From an uncultured Staphylococcaceae bacterium (GTDB lineage: Bacteria > Bacillota_I > Bacilli_A > RFN20 > CAG-826): a stretch of DNA of 64,000 nt. Position numbers and translations under genes: made by a program. Below the pieces are notes generated by a model that had not been told where the DNA came from, searched no databases, and saw only the letters and a program-made list of their open reading frames with translations. Below are positions 19,757 to 29,000 of the stretch, one piece after another; position 1 is the stretch's first letter, and each line of letters starts with the position of its first letter. The stretch is taken from NCBI GenBank assembly GCA_964504595.1, contig CAZDEE010000008.1, forward strand, positions 338-64,337, written 5' to 3'.

Positions 19757-20051
19757 CACATAATGGCCCTTGCGCTTTAGCGGCAATTCTTACATGATTA
19801 TGATGACACATTCCAGATTCTTGATATTTACATCGTGAATTTTCACATTGAATAGGATGGCTATCTAAATTAGAAGCATAACCCATATCGCGCGCAAATT
19901 CATATTCAAATTTAGAATCATCTTTTGTTTCAATTTCTTTTGGACGATACGAATGACAATATGCATCTAACCCAACTTTAATAGAATCTAAGACACAATG
20001 ATCACAATAATTTGAATGACAACCATTTTCATAACATTTTAAATGTGGCAT
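19722..20051 (-). CDS. Cys/His-rich protein with two DUF1540-like repeats
   Basis: 109 aa. LKCYENGCHSNYCDHCVLDSIKVGLDAYCHSY and IQCENSRCKYQESGMCHHNHVRIAAKAQGPLCVSY share the pattern C-x4-C-x5/6-C...C-x-SY. RBS AGGAGA. Confidence 0.6.
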   Translation of the reverse strand: MPHLKCYENGCHSNYCDHCVLDSIKVGLDAYCHSYRPKEIETKDDSKFEYEFARDMGYASNLDSHPIQCENSRCKYQESGMCHHNHVRIAAKAQGPLCVSYIPHYNEGK

Positions 20052-20181
20052 AAATTATCTCCTTTCATTATTCTTATTATTAGAAGTTATTTTATTTTTA
20101 TTAAAGATTTGTGATGGTAAACAAAAAAAGATTACTTATTTAATAAGATATATATTATAATTTCTTTGGAGCGTGATTATT

Positions 20182-20790
20182 ATGCAATGGGAAATTGATT
20201 TTTTAAAATGGATAGACAATACTCTCCATGGTTCAGATTTTATTAATCAACTTATAAAATACTTTTCAGTACTAAATGATATTGGATTATTATGGATTAT
20301 CGTTGGTTTAATTTTAGTCATTACCAAAAAATATCGTAAATTTGGAATATTATTTCTTATCACAATATTATTTGGTTGGATATTAAATGATGTAATTCTT
20401 AAAAATATAATCGGCCGTCCTCGCCCATTTGAAAAAAACGAGCAATTAAGCGATTTTGTTTATTCAATGTTTGTAAGACATGAAAATTTAGGATTTTTAA
20501 ATAACATTATCGGTGGAAAAGTACCTTCTTTAGGAAAATCGATGCCTTCAGGACATTCTTTTGTTTCTTTCAACGCAGCAGTATTTTTATTTATGATCAA
20601 TAAAAAGAAGTTTGGTATTCCAGCATTAATTGTAGCGGCGTTAACTGCGTTATCACGTGTATATTTATGCGTCCACTATCCTAGCGATGTTCTTGTTGGC
20701 TCTTTATTAGGAGCCACAACCGGATTCTTAATGTATCATTTCTTTCATAAATATTGTTCACTTAATGAAAATGAAACAAAATGCGCTTAG
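20182..20790 (+). CDS. PAP2-family phosphatase (BcrC-type undecaprenyl-diphosphatase-like)
   Basis: Carries the three PAP2 motifs KNIIGRPRP, PSGHS and SRVYLCVHYPSD, and is polytopic. Start placed at ATG 20182; the ORF-track GTG at 20173 sits too close to GGAG. Confidence 0.8.
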   Translation: MQWEIDFLKWIDNTLHGSDFINQLIKYFSVLNDIGLLWIIVGLILVITKKYRKFGILFLITILFGWILNDVILKNIIGRPRPFEKNEQLSDFVYSMFVRHENLGFLNNIIGGKVPSLGKSMPSGHSFVSFNAAVFLFMINKKKFGIPALIVAALTALSRVYLCVHYPSDVLVGSLLGATTGFLMYHFFHKYCSLNENETKCA

Positions 20791-21482
20791 ATAAATATTT
20801 ATGCCATTCTGGTTTAGGAACTAGAAAAGAAGTTAAAACACTATTAAAAAATAAACTTATTAAAGTGAACAATGAAATCGTAACATCTCCCTCCATCATT
20901 ATAAATGAGGAAAGAGACATAATTAGTTATAACAATGAAATTGTAACATATCGAGAATTTCATTATTATATTTTATATAAGCCAAAAGGATATATAACTG
21001 CAACAGAAGACTTAAATTTACCAACAGTTATGGATTTAATTAACGAACCTTTTAATGATTTATCTCCAGTTGGAAGATTAGATAAAGACACAACTGGATT
21101 ACTTTTAATAACAAACAACGGAAAACTAAATCATTTTTTGTTATCGCCTAAAACACATGTTAATAAAGAATATAAAGTTACTTTAGATAAGGATTTAGAT
21201 TCATCTTTAATAGCTCTTTTTAAAAGTGGAGTCATTTTAGAAGATGGCTATAAATGTTTACCTTCAGAATTAACTATTTTAGATAAAAATGTCGCTTCTG
21301 TAATATTACACGAAGGAAAATATCACCAAATTAAAAGAATGTTTCAAGTGAACGGATATAAAGTAATCGATTTACACCGAACTCGTATGGATTTTTTAAC
21401 GTTAGATGGTTTAAAAGAGGGTGAATATCGACCTTTAAATGATGAAGAAATCATAGGCCTTTTAAAACACATCAAAACATAA
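20781..21482 (+). CDS. pseudouridine synthase, RsuA/RluB family
   Basis: N-terminal S4 domain (MRLDKYL..GLGTRKE) and catalytic motif GRLDKDTTGLLL. 233 aa. Confidence 0.85.
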   Translation: MRLDKYLCHSGLGTRKEVKTLLKNKLIKVNNEIVTSPSIIINEERDIISYNNEIVTYREFHYYILYKPKGYITATEDLNLPTVMDLINEPFNDLSPVGRLDKDTTGLLLITNNGKLNHFLLSPKTHVNKEYKVTLDKDLDSSLIALFKSGVILEDGYKCLPSELTILDKNVASVILHEGKYHQIKRMFQVNGYKVIDLHRTRMDFLTLDGLKEGEYRPLNDEEIIGLLKHIKT

Positions 21483-21584
21483 ATTCATATTTGTTTTAAA
21501 ACAGATTTTATCTTTAAATAGATATACTTTTATCAAAGTCAAAATAGCTTATTATACTTAATAAATATTATTTATAAAATAATA

Positions 21585-21613
21585 TTGACTTTTTTTAACC
21601 TCCGATATAAGAT
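21585..21613 (+). promoter_or_regulatory. putative promoter of TetR-ABC exporter operon
   Basis: TTGACT (21585-21590) with weak -10 candidates: TATAAG with a 15-nt spacer or TAAGAT with a 17-nt spacer. Confidence 0.4.
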
Positions 21614-21619
21614 TGTAGC

Positions 21620-21637
21620 ATTGACAAAATTGTCAAT
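21620..21637. promoter_or_regulatory. perfect 8-2-8 inverted repeat, candidate TetR operator
   Basis: ATTGACAA-AA-TTGTCAAT lies between the putative -10 and the RBS of the TetR gene. Confidence 0.6.
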
Positions 21638-21655
21638 TAAAAAGGAGGGTGAAAG

Positions 21656-22291
21656 ATGCCTAGAACTAAAGATCAATTTCAAGAAATCAAAGAAAATAGA
21701 CGCGCTGAAATTTTAAAAGCCTCACTCTCTTTGTTTTCATTACAAGGATATGACGCTGTTAAAATCGATGATATCACAAAAGCTTATGGTTGTTCTCATG
21801 GCCTTTTCTATCATTATTTCACTTCCAAAGAGGATTTATTTCAAACGATGATGGATGAATCCAAGATGGTCGGAAGACGTTGCTATCCAAGAACTTGGCT
21901 TCTTGATAACGGACCTAAAGAAGCAGTTATTCATTTTGTTAACAATGTTCTTAATCTATTAAAAAACGATGAGGAAAATTGTTACTATATGTATCTATAT
22001 TTAACTATGGATTATCAAAAGACTATACCAAAACCAAAAAACAAGGATAAAAATCATAAATATTTTCCTGAATTGCTTCTTGAAATAATAAAACAAGGTC
22101 AAAATGAACATACTTTTAATGAGGAAAACCCTCATGAATTAATCCACGTTTTCTTATCATTATTAAGAGGACTATTTTATGAAAGATTACAGAGTGGAAA
22201 AAAATTATTCCATTGTCCAAATAAAAATTTACTATTAAGAGTTTTATTAAAAGATGAAATTATTAAAGATTTAAATAAGGGGGTATATTAA
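21656..22291 (+). CDS. TetR/AcrR-family transcriptional regulator
   Basis: N-terminal HTH (GYDAVKIDDITKAYGCSHGLFYHYFTSKEDLF). Its stop overlaps the start of the ABC gene (TAATG). Confidence 0.85.
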   Translation: MPRTKDQFQEIKENRRAEILKASLSLFSLQGYDAVKIDDITKAYGCSHGLFYHYFTSKEDLFQTMMDESKMVGRRCYPRTWLLDNGPKEAVIHFVNNVLNLLKNDEENCYYMYLYLTMDYQKTIPKPKNKDKNHKYFPELLLEIIKQGQNEHTFNEENPHELIHVFLSLLRGLFYERLQSGKKLFHCPNKNLLLRVLLKDEIIKDLNKGVY

Positions 22292-24141
22292 TGTCAAAAA
22301 CAATTAAAAAGAACAAAGACGCTCTTTGGCCTAAAGTTAAATTAATTTTAAAAAGTGTTAGAGAGTATAAAAAATATGCGATTGCGACGCCTATTTGTAT
22401 GATTGGTGAAGTTGCCATGGAATGCTCTTTACCATTCGTAATGTCAGTTTTATTAGGTGAAATTGAAAAAGTTGATACTGTAACGGGAATCACTCCATTA
22501 ATTCCATATATTCTTTTATTGATTGGTATGGCAGTTATTTCTCTAGCCTGTGGTATTTTAGGTGGTGTATTCGCCGCAAAAGCATCAACAGGATTAGCTA
22601 AGAACTTAAGAGGCGATTTATATCGTAAGTTACAATCATTCTCTTTTGAAAACATCGATAAATTTTCAAACGCTTCACTTATTACGAGAATGACAACCGA
22701 TGTTACCGATGCTCAACAAGCATTCCAAATGTGTATACGTATTGTCGTTAGAGCACCTTTAATGCTTATCTTCTCTACCGTAATGGCTTTTGTGTCTGGT
22801 GGTAAAATGGCTTGGATTTTCATTGCCTTAATTCCAATTGTCTTAATTGGCTTATTAATCATCATGTGGAAATCACTTCCTGTCTTTAGAAGAGTCTTCA
22901 AACGTTATGATAAAGTAAATGAATCAATTCAAGAAAATATTGCTGGAATTCGTGTTGTTAAATCATATGTTCGTGAAGATTTCGAACAAGGAAAATTCAA
23001 CGCTGCAAGCGATGATATGACTAAAGACTTTATTAAAGCTGAAAAAATTGTTGCTTTCAACAATCCATTAATGAACTTCTCAATCCATATTTCTAATATA
23101 TTAGTGTGTGGATTAGGTGCAAGCTTAATTATGAGAACTTCTAAATTAATGACTGATTCAAACGGAAATATTATTAAAGATGAAAACGGTCTTTCTAAAA
23201 TTGAATGGGGCGAATTATCAGTCTTTGAAATGTCTTCATTATTAACATATGGAGTACAAATCTTGATGGCGTTAATGATGGTATCAATGATTTTAGTTAT
23301 GTTAATTATGTCTTTAGAGTCTATAAGACGTATTGCTGAAGTATTAGAAGAAGAACCAACCATTGTCAATCCAGATAATCCTATTTATAGTGTTGAAGAT
23401 GGTTCGGTAGAATTTAAAAACGTTTCATTTAAATATTCTTCTTCCGCTTCTAAAAATACCTTAGAAGATATTAATTTAAGTATCAAAAGCGGTCAATTTA
23501 TTGGTATTATTGGCTCAACCGGTTCAGGAAAAACATCTCTTATCAATTTAATTTCTCGTCTTTACGATGTAAGCGAAGGAGAAGTTCTTGTTGGAGGAAA
23601 AGATGTTCGTGAATACGATTTGGACACATTAAGAAACCAAGTCGCAGTTGTTTTACAAAAGAATGTTTTATTCTCAGGAACTATTGCTGAAAATCTTCGT
23701 TGGGGCGATAAAGAAGCAAGTGATGAAGAGCTTGAAAAGGCAGCGCAAATTGCTCAAGCTAATGAATTTATTAAGTCGTTCCCTCAAGGATACGATACAT
23801 TCCTTGAAAGAGGCGGCACAAATGTCTCTGGTGGTCAAAAACAAAGATTATGTATTGCTAGAGCAATCTTAAAGAAACCAAAAATATTAATTCTCGATGA
23901 TTCAACTTCCGCAGTTGATACTAAAACCGATAAATTGATTCGTGTCGGCCTTAAAAACGAAATTCCAAATACTACAAAAATTGTCATCGCACAAAGAATT
24001 TCTTCTATTGAAGATGCAGACCAAATTATAGTCTTAAATAACGGCCGAATCGATCAAATTGGCACTCATGAAGAATTATTAGCGACAAACGCCATATATC
24101 AAGAAGTTTATTACACCCAAACCAAGAAAGGGGGTAATTAA
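22291..24141 (+). CDS. ABC exporter half-transporter (TMD-NBD), degenerate-site subunit
   Basis: 616 aa with 6 TM plus an NBD: Walker A GSTGSGKTS, signature VSGGQKQR, and Walker B ILILDDSTSAVD (Asp replaces the catalytic Glu). Confidence 0.9.
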   Translation: MSKTIKKNKDALWPKVKLILKSVREYKKYAIATPICMIGEVAMECSLPFVMSVLLGEIEKVDTVTGITPLIPYILLLIGMAVISLACGILGGVFAAKASTGLAKNLRGDLYRKLQSFSFENIDKFSNASLITRMTTDVTDAQQAFQMCIRIVVRAPLMLIFSTVMAFVSGGKMAWIFIALIPIVLIGLLIIMWKSLPVFRRVFKRYDKVNESIQENIAGIRVVKSYVREDFEQGKFNAASDDMTKDFIKAEKIVAFNNPLMNFSIHISNILVCGLGASLIMRTSKLMTDSNGNIIKDENGLSKIEWGELSVFEMSSLLTYGVQILMALMMVSMILVMLIMSLESIRRIAEVLEEEPTIVNPDNPIYSVEDGSVEFKNVSFKYSSSASKNTLEDINLSIKSGQFIGIIGSTGSGKTSLINLISRLYDVSEGEVLVGGKDVREYDLDTLRNQVAVVLQKNVLFSGTIAENLRWGDKEASDEELEKAAQIAQANEFIKSFPQGYDTFLERGGTNVSGGQKQRLCIARAILKKPKILILDDSTSAVDTKTDKLIRVGLKNEIPNTTKIVIAQRISSIEDADQIIVLNNGRIDQIGTHEELLATNAIYQEVYYTQTKKGGN

Positions 24142-24142
24142 T

Positions 24143-26059
24143 ATGCCTAAAATGAATATGAAAGGTAAAGCTGAAAAAGCCAAAAAAGGAACTTTACCAA
24201 GATTAATTAAATTATTATTTAGCAAATACAAATTACAACTTATTATCTCTATGATTTGTATCGTAATTATGGCTGCAGGTAATTTAACCTCTTCTATCGT
24301 TACAAGAGAAATTACTAATATTATTGTTAGCGCAATTAGAAATGGCACTGACCCATGGCCTTCATTAACTAAAACCTTAACTACTATGGGAATTATGTAT
24401 ATTCTTGGTTTGGTTGGTTCATTTACATGGAACTATGTCATGGCCATTACTACTCAAAAATTCCTAAATGATTTAAGAAAAATGCTTTTCGATCATATGG
24501 AAACATTGCCTATTAAATATTTTGATACCCATGCACATGGTGATATCATGTCTATTTTTACAAATGATACAGATACAATTAGACAATTAGTTAGCCAATC
24601 ACTTCCAACAATTTTCCAAGCTTCGTTTACCGTTATTGCCTTGCTTGTAGTTATGTTATCTTACTCTGTATGGTTAACACTAATTGTTATAATCGGCTCT
24701 GTGTTTATGTTCCTTAACACCAAACACACTGGTGGTAAATCCTCTAAATACTTCGTCAAACAACAAAAAGCTTTAGGAAAAGTTGAAGGTTCTATTGAAG
24801 AATCAATCGACGGATTAAAAGTAATTAAAGTATTTACTCATGAAAATGACTCAATTGCCGATTTTGATGAATTAAATAATCATTTATGCGATGTTTCTAC
24901 AATCGGTAATGCAAACGCAAATATTCTTGGCCCAATTATGGGAAATATTGGCAACTTCCTTTATGTCCTTGTTGCGGTAGTTGGAGCAATCCTCCTTATT
25001 TATAGTAAACAAATTCCAAACTTAACATTAACTGGATTTAAAGAAATTACTTATGGTGATGTTACTTCTTTCCTAATGATGGCTAGAATGTTTACAAACA
25101 ACATTAACAACTTCGCTCAACAAATAAACTTCATTATTCTTGGCGTTGCAGGCGCATCTCGTATATTCGAATTACTCGATGAAGAAAGTGAAAAAGATGA
25201 AGGATATGTTTCTTTAGTTCATGTCAAATATGATGAAAACGGAAACATGATTGAAACAAACGAAAGAACAAAACACTTTGCTTGGAAGCATCCTCATGGA
25301 GATGGAACCGTAACTTACACTGAATTAAAAGGTGATATTGTATTAACAGAAGTCGACTTTGGATACAATGAAGAAAAAATAGTTTTACACGATGTTTCTA
25401 TTTATGCACGTCCAGGTGAACAAATTGCTTTAGTTGGTTCTACCGGTGCTGGTAAAACTACAATTACAAATCTTATAAATAGATTCTATGATATCGCGGA
25501 TGGCAAAGTCCGTTATGATGGAATTAATATTAATAAAATTAAAAAACCTGATTTAAGAAGATCATTAGGTATCGTCTTACAAGATACAAACTTATTTACC
25601 GGTACAGTAATGGAAAACATCCGTTATGGTCGATTAGATGCAACCGATGAAGAAGTTTATGAAGCCGCTAAAATCGCAAATGCTTATGATTTTATAACCC
25701 GCTTGCCTAATGGATTTAATACCATGTTAACTAGTAATGGTTCTAATTTATCTCAAGGACAAAGACAATTACTTTCTATTGCAAGAGCGGCAATCGCAGA
25801 TGTCCCAGTTATGATTCTCGATGAAGCAACTTCATCAATCGATACTCGTACTGAAAGATTAGTACAAAAAGGTATGGTTCAATTAATGGAAGGCAGAACT
25901 GTATTTGTCATTGCTCATAGACTTTCTACTATCCAAAGCAGTGATGCGATCATGGTATTAGAAAAAGGTCGAATTATCGAAAGAGGTTCTCATGAAGAAC
26001 TCCTTAAGAAAAAAGGAACTTATTATCAACTTTATACCGGCGCTTTTGAACTAGAATAA
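24143..26059 (+). CDS. ABC exporter half-transporter (TMD-NBD), consensus-site subunit
   Basis: 638 aa with Walker A GSTGAGKTT, a non-canonical signature LSQGQRQ, and Walker B VMILDEATSSID. Confidence 0.9.
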   Translation: MPKMNMKGKAEKAKKGTLPRLIKLLFSKYKLQLIISMICIVIMAAGNLTSSIVTREITNIIVSAIRNGTDPWPSLTKTLTTMGIMYILGLVGSFTWNYVMAITTQKFLNDLRKMLFDHMETLPIKYFDTHAHGDIMSIFTNDTDTIRQLVSQSLPTIFQASFTVIALLVVMLSYSVWLTLIVIIGSVFMFLNTKHTGGKSSKYFVKQQKALGKVEGSIEESIDGLKVIKVFTHENDSIADFDELNNHLCDVSTIGNANANILGPIMGNIGNFLYVLVAVVGAILLIYSKQIPNLTLTGFKEITYGDVTSFLMMARMFTNNINNFAQQINFIILGVAGASRIFELLDEESEKDEGYVSLVHVKYDENGNMIETNERTKHFAWKHPHGDGTVTYTELKGDIVLTEVDFGYNEEKIVLHDVSIYARPGEQIALVGSTGAGKTTITNLINRFYDIADGKVRYDGININKIKKPDLRRSLGIVLQDTNLFTGTVMENIRYGRLDATDEEVYEAAKIANAYDFITRLPNGFNTMLTSNGSNLSQGQRQLLSIARAAIADVPVMILDEATSSIDTRTERLVQKGMVQLMEGRTVFVIAHRLSTIQSSDAIMVLEKGRIIERGSHEELLKKKGTYYQLYTGAFELE

Positions 26060-26066
26060 AAAATTA

Positions 26067-26100
26067 AACCAGTGGATTCAATATTCTCACTGGTTTTTTT
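26067..26100. terminator. intrinsic terminator between convergent genes
   Basis: AACCAGTG (26067-26074) / CACTGGTT (26088-26095) with a 13-nt loop, then a T-run to 26100. Confidence 0.7.
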
Positions 26101-26112
26101 ATACTTTAATAT

Positions 26113-27237
26113 TTAATTAATCACAATAAGGCTTATTTTAGATTCTTCTTCTAAGCCTCCCGCATGAGCGGCAATCATGCATTCTTCATAATATTTTTCT
26201 AAACGACTTGGAATAACATAATCAAAGCAATATTTATCTATCGACACCGCTAGATAATCACCTAACATCCTATCGAAATCAAAATGTTCTTTTCCATATC
26301 CAAATAAATTTAATTCTTTAACTTCTTGCTTAGTATATAAATCAAAATATTCACCATAATATTGATTAAATAATTCCCTAAATTTTTGTTTTTTACCTTT
26401 TTTAATAAAGAAAGTAGCGGCGCGAGGTTCAATAGCAAAAGGTCTTTCTAAAGTATCAAAAAAATCTTTATGCTCATCAATCAATAAAAACTTAACATCA
26501 ACCAAACTGTGGTCCGCTAAAACAATAAATAAAGTATCCTTATGTGCATAAGTCAAACTTTCCAAAGCATCATTAATATTTTCAATAAATGATTTTACAA
26601 ATATTGAATCAACTCCATGCATATGTGCTTCTTTATCCGGAGAAGGCCAATATCCATATATCAAGGCATTTTCATTATTAAGAAGATGATCATTTACTTT
26701 ACATAAAAATTCTTCTATATCAGAAGCACCATCTTTTCTAAAGCTTGGCCATATTTCCTTAACCGCTACAAAAGGGCATCTTTTAGAAATTGTTGTAAAA
26801 ACACTTTCATATTTTCCTAATTTATCCATAGGATTTTGATAAATAGAATCTTCTTTTGTATATGTCTCTTTATTAGAAAATACATCAATATGACTATTAA
26901 TCTCTTGAAAATATTGACTCCATCCTAGCCATAATGTTTCTTTAGGGAATCTTCCAGACAGCAACGCATTAGTCGCCGCGACTGTTGTTGGAGGAAATAC
27001 AGAATCAATTTCTTTATAAACATGTTTTCTTAAAAAAGAATTCTCTTTTAAGTGTCTTTTTAATAAAGAGGATGCCATTCCATCAAAAAGAAGAACCACA
27101 ATTTTCTTATATAGCTCCATTTTTTTCACTAAATCATCCATTGGATCATGATAAGTATCTAACTTATAGTGAAATAATAGCGAATTTGATACATTCACTA
27201 AACAGTTTTTATTACAGAAACGATACATTTTATGCAT
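26113..27237 (-). CDS. alkaline-phosphatase-superfamily protein (nucleotide pyrophosphatase/phosphodiesterase-like), cytoplasmic
   Basis: 374 aa with AP-superfamily metal/nucleophile pattern: LLFDGM, FPPTTVAATNALLSG, PDKEAHMHG, LADHS, AAHAGG. No signal peptide. The start (27237 or 27228) is coupled to the kinase stop. Confidence 0.7.
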   Translation of the reverse strand: MHKMYRFCNKNCLVNVSNSLLFHYKLDTYHDPMDDLVKKMELYKKIVVLLFDGMASSLLKRHLKENSFLRKHVYKEIDSVFPPTTVAATNALLSGRFPKETLWLGWSQYFQEINSHIDVFSNKETYTKEDSIYQNPMDKLGKYESVFTTISKRCPFVAVKEIWPSFRKDGASDIEEFLCKVNDHLLNNENALIYGYWPSPDKEAHMHGVDSIFVKSFIENINDALESLTYAHKDTLFIVLADHSLVDVKFLLIDEHKDFFDTLERPFAIEPRAATFFIKKGKKQKFRELFNQYYGEYFDLYTKQEVKELNLFGYGKEHFDFDRMLGDYLAVSIDKYCFDYVIPSRLEKYYEECMIAAHAGGLEEESKISLIVIN

Positions 27238-28786
27238 TTTTCTTATTAAACTTCCTTACTGATTTATATATTTTTTTCAAACGAGGATACATCTTCATAT
27301 ATACTTTATCGTATAAATAATTATATTGTTCATGCGCTTTATCATTAGGATAAAACGTTTTCGATTTATGAACCATTGTCGAAACTGCTTCCTCATAACT
27401 ATCAAATTGTCCATCCGCCGTAAAGGCTAAAATTGCTGTTCCTAAAGATGCTGTTTCAAAAGTTTGCACTCTACTTACTGGCACTCCAAAAATATCTGCA
27501 GTTATTTGGCAAATTGCATCACTTTGGGAACCTCCTCCTGATATTCTAATTTCTTTAATTTTTTTATGTTGTCTTCTTTCAATACCTTCAAGTCCTTCTC
27601 TTAATCCATATGCAATTCCTTCTATAATTGCGCGATAAATATGTAACTTTGTATGATAATCAGAAAAACCGACAATTGCACCTTTAGCTTCAGGTCTACT
27701 TAATCCTGGCCCCCAATATGGTTGAAGAACTAATCCTTGAGAACCTGGTGGAATTTCCATCAAATGTCTATTTAAAACTTCTTCAACCGCCATCTTTTGA
27801 ATAGCGGCCTCCTTTGCTTCTCCTTCCGCGAATTCTTTGACGAACCATGTTAACATCCAATAACCTCTATATATTTGCACTTCCATGTTATAGAGATTAG
27901 GAATAACTGCTGGATAAGCTGGTAAAAAAGTTTCTGGCTCAATATATTTTTTATTGGATACTTCAATACTTGAAGCAGTTCCATAAGAAATCGATGCCAT
28001 ATCTTTATAAATACAACCAGTTCCAATAGTTTCCGCGCCTTTATCAGAACCACATGCATATATTTTTAATCCAAATGGAATATTTGTCTCTTTACAACAA
28101 TCTTCTGTAATAGTGCCTAATAAAATGCCCGCTTTAACAATTTTTGGAAGAAGTTTTTCTGGTATTGGAAAAACAGGATATTTTAAGCTATATGGTTTAA
28201 ACCATTTTCCTGTCTTCATATTTAAAGGATAATGACCTGTATAATTACCAATTGCGTCTATTAAGTTTCCTGTAAGTTTATAGATAAGATATGTAGATAA
28301 AGCTACATAATGATGAGCTTTAGCAATGTTTTCTGGTTCATTTTCTAAAAGCCAATTATACATAGTTCTTTGTCTGTTCATGTCCGCAGTATAAGTCATT
28401 CCAACAACTTTAAATAATAGATTTCTAAAGAAAGGCATTGGCTTTTCACACTTTGCCATTCTTTGATCACACCATAAAATACACGGCCTAATCGGCTTAC
28501 AATTTTCATCTAATAAAACCGCTGTATCTCTAAAACATGTTATTGCACATGTTGTGACATTTTTCATTAATTCTGGATTTTTTTCACTTAATGATTTTGT
28601 TGCAGCTTTCATTTTTTCATAATAATAATCAGCATCTTGTTCACAATATCCTGGTTGTGAAGAAAAATACGCAGGACTATAAACGTTTTTTTCTATTGCC
28701 AATGTTTCACCGTTTTTATTAAAAATAACCGCTCTAACACTTTGAGTACCAAAATCAATTGCAAGAGCGTATGATTGTTTTTCCAT
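27230..28786 (-). CDS. FGGY-family carbohydrate kinase, substrate unknown
   Basis: 518 aa with the N-terminal motif LAIDFGTQSVRAV and the C-terminal motif ISGGGSQSD. Confidence 0.85.
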   Translation of the reverse strand: MEKQSYALAIDFGTQSVRAVIFNKNGETLAIEKNVYSPAYFSSQPGYCEQDADYYYEKMKAATKSLSEKNPELMKNVTTCAITCFRDTAVLLDENCKPIRPCILWCDQRMAKCEKPMPFFRNLLFKVVGMTYTADMNRQRTMYNWLLENEPENIAKAHHYVALSTYLIYKLTGNLIDAIGNYTGHYPLNMKTGKWFKPYSLKYPVFPIPEKLLPKIVKAGILLGTITEDCCKETNIPFGLKIYACGSDKGAETIGTGCIYKDMASISYGTASSIEVSNKKYIEPETFLPAYPAVIPNLYNMEVQIYRGYWMLTWFVKEFAEGEAKEAAIQKMAVEEVLNRHLMEIPPGSQGLVLQPYWGPGLSRPEAKGAIVGFSDYHTKLHIYRAIIEGIAYGLREGLEGIERRQHKKIKEIRISGGGSQSDAICQITADIFGVPVSRVQTFETASLGTAILAFTADGQFDSYEEAVSTMVHKSKTFYPNDKAHEQYNYLYDKVYMKMYPRLKKIYKSVRKFNKKNA

Positions 28787-29000
28787 AGTTCCTCCATGAG
28801 CTAATTTTTAAAAGCTCTTAAACTTAAAAGTTTAATTTTTTATAATTATATCATTTTTAACAAAAAATAACATTATATTCAGTCTTCTTCTGAAAGCACC
28901 AACTTTTTAATATTTCTCTATGCAAAAGTTTAATATCTATGATATTATTATCACGTAGCATTAAGCAATCTACAAATGTAGAAATATAGGAGGAAAAACA

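Noticed and set aside
22263-23369. Antisense ORFs of 130, 62 and 146 aa opposite the first ABC exporter gene.
   Set aside because: They are embedded in a well-supported ABC half-transporter, have no start context, and their compositions mirror the sense codons.
26985-27320. A 111-aa plus-strand ORF across the FGGY/AP-superfamily gene junction.
   Set aside because: It is antisense to two coupled, motif-bearing genes and has no RBS.
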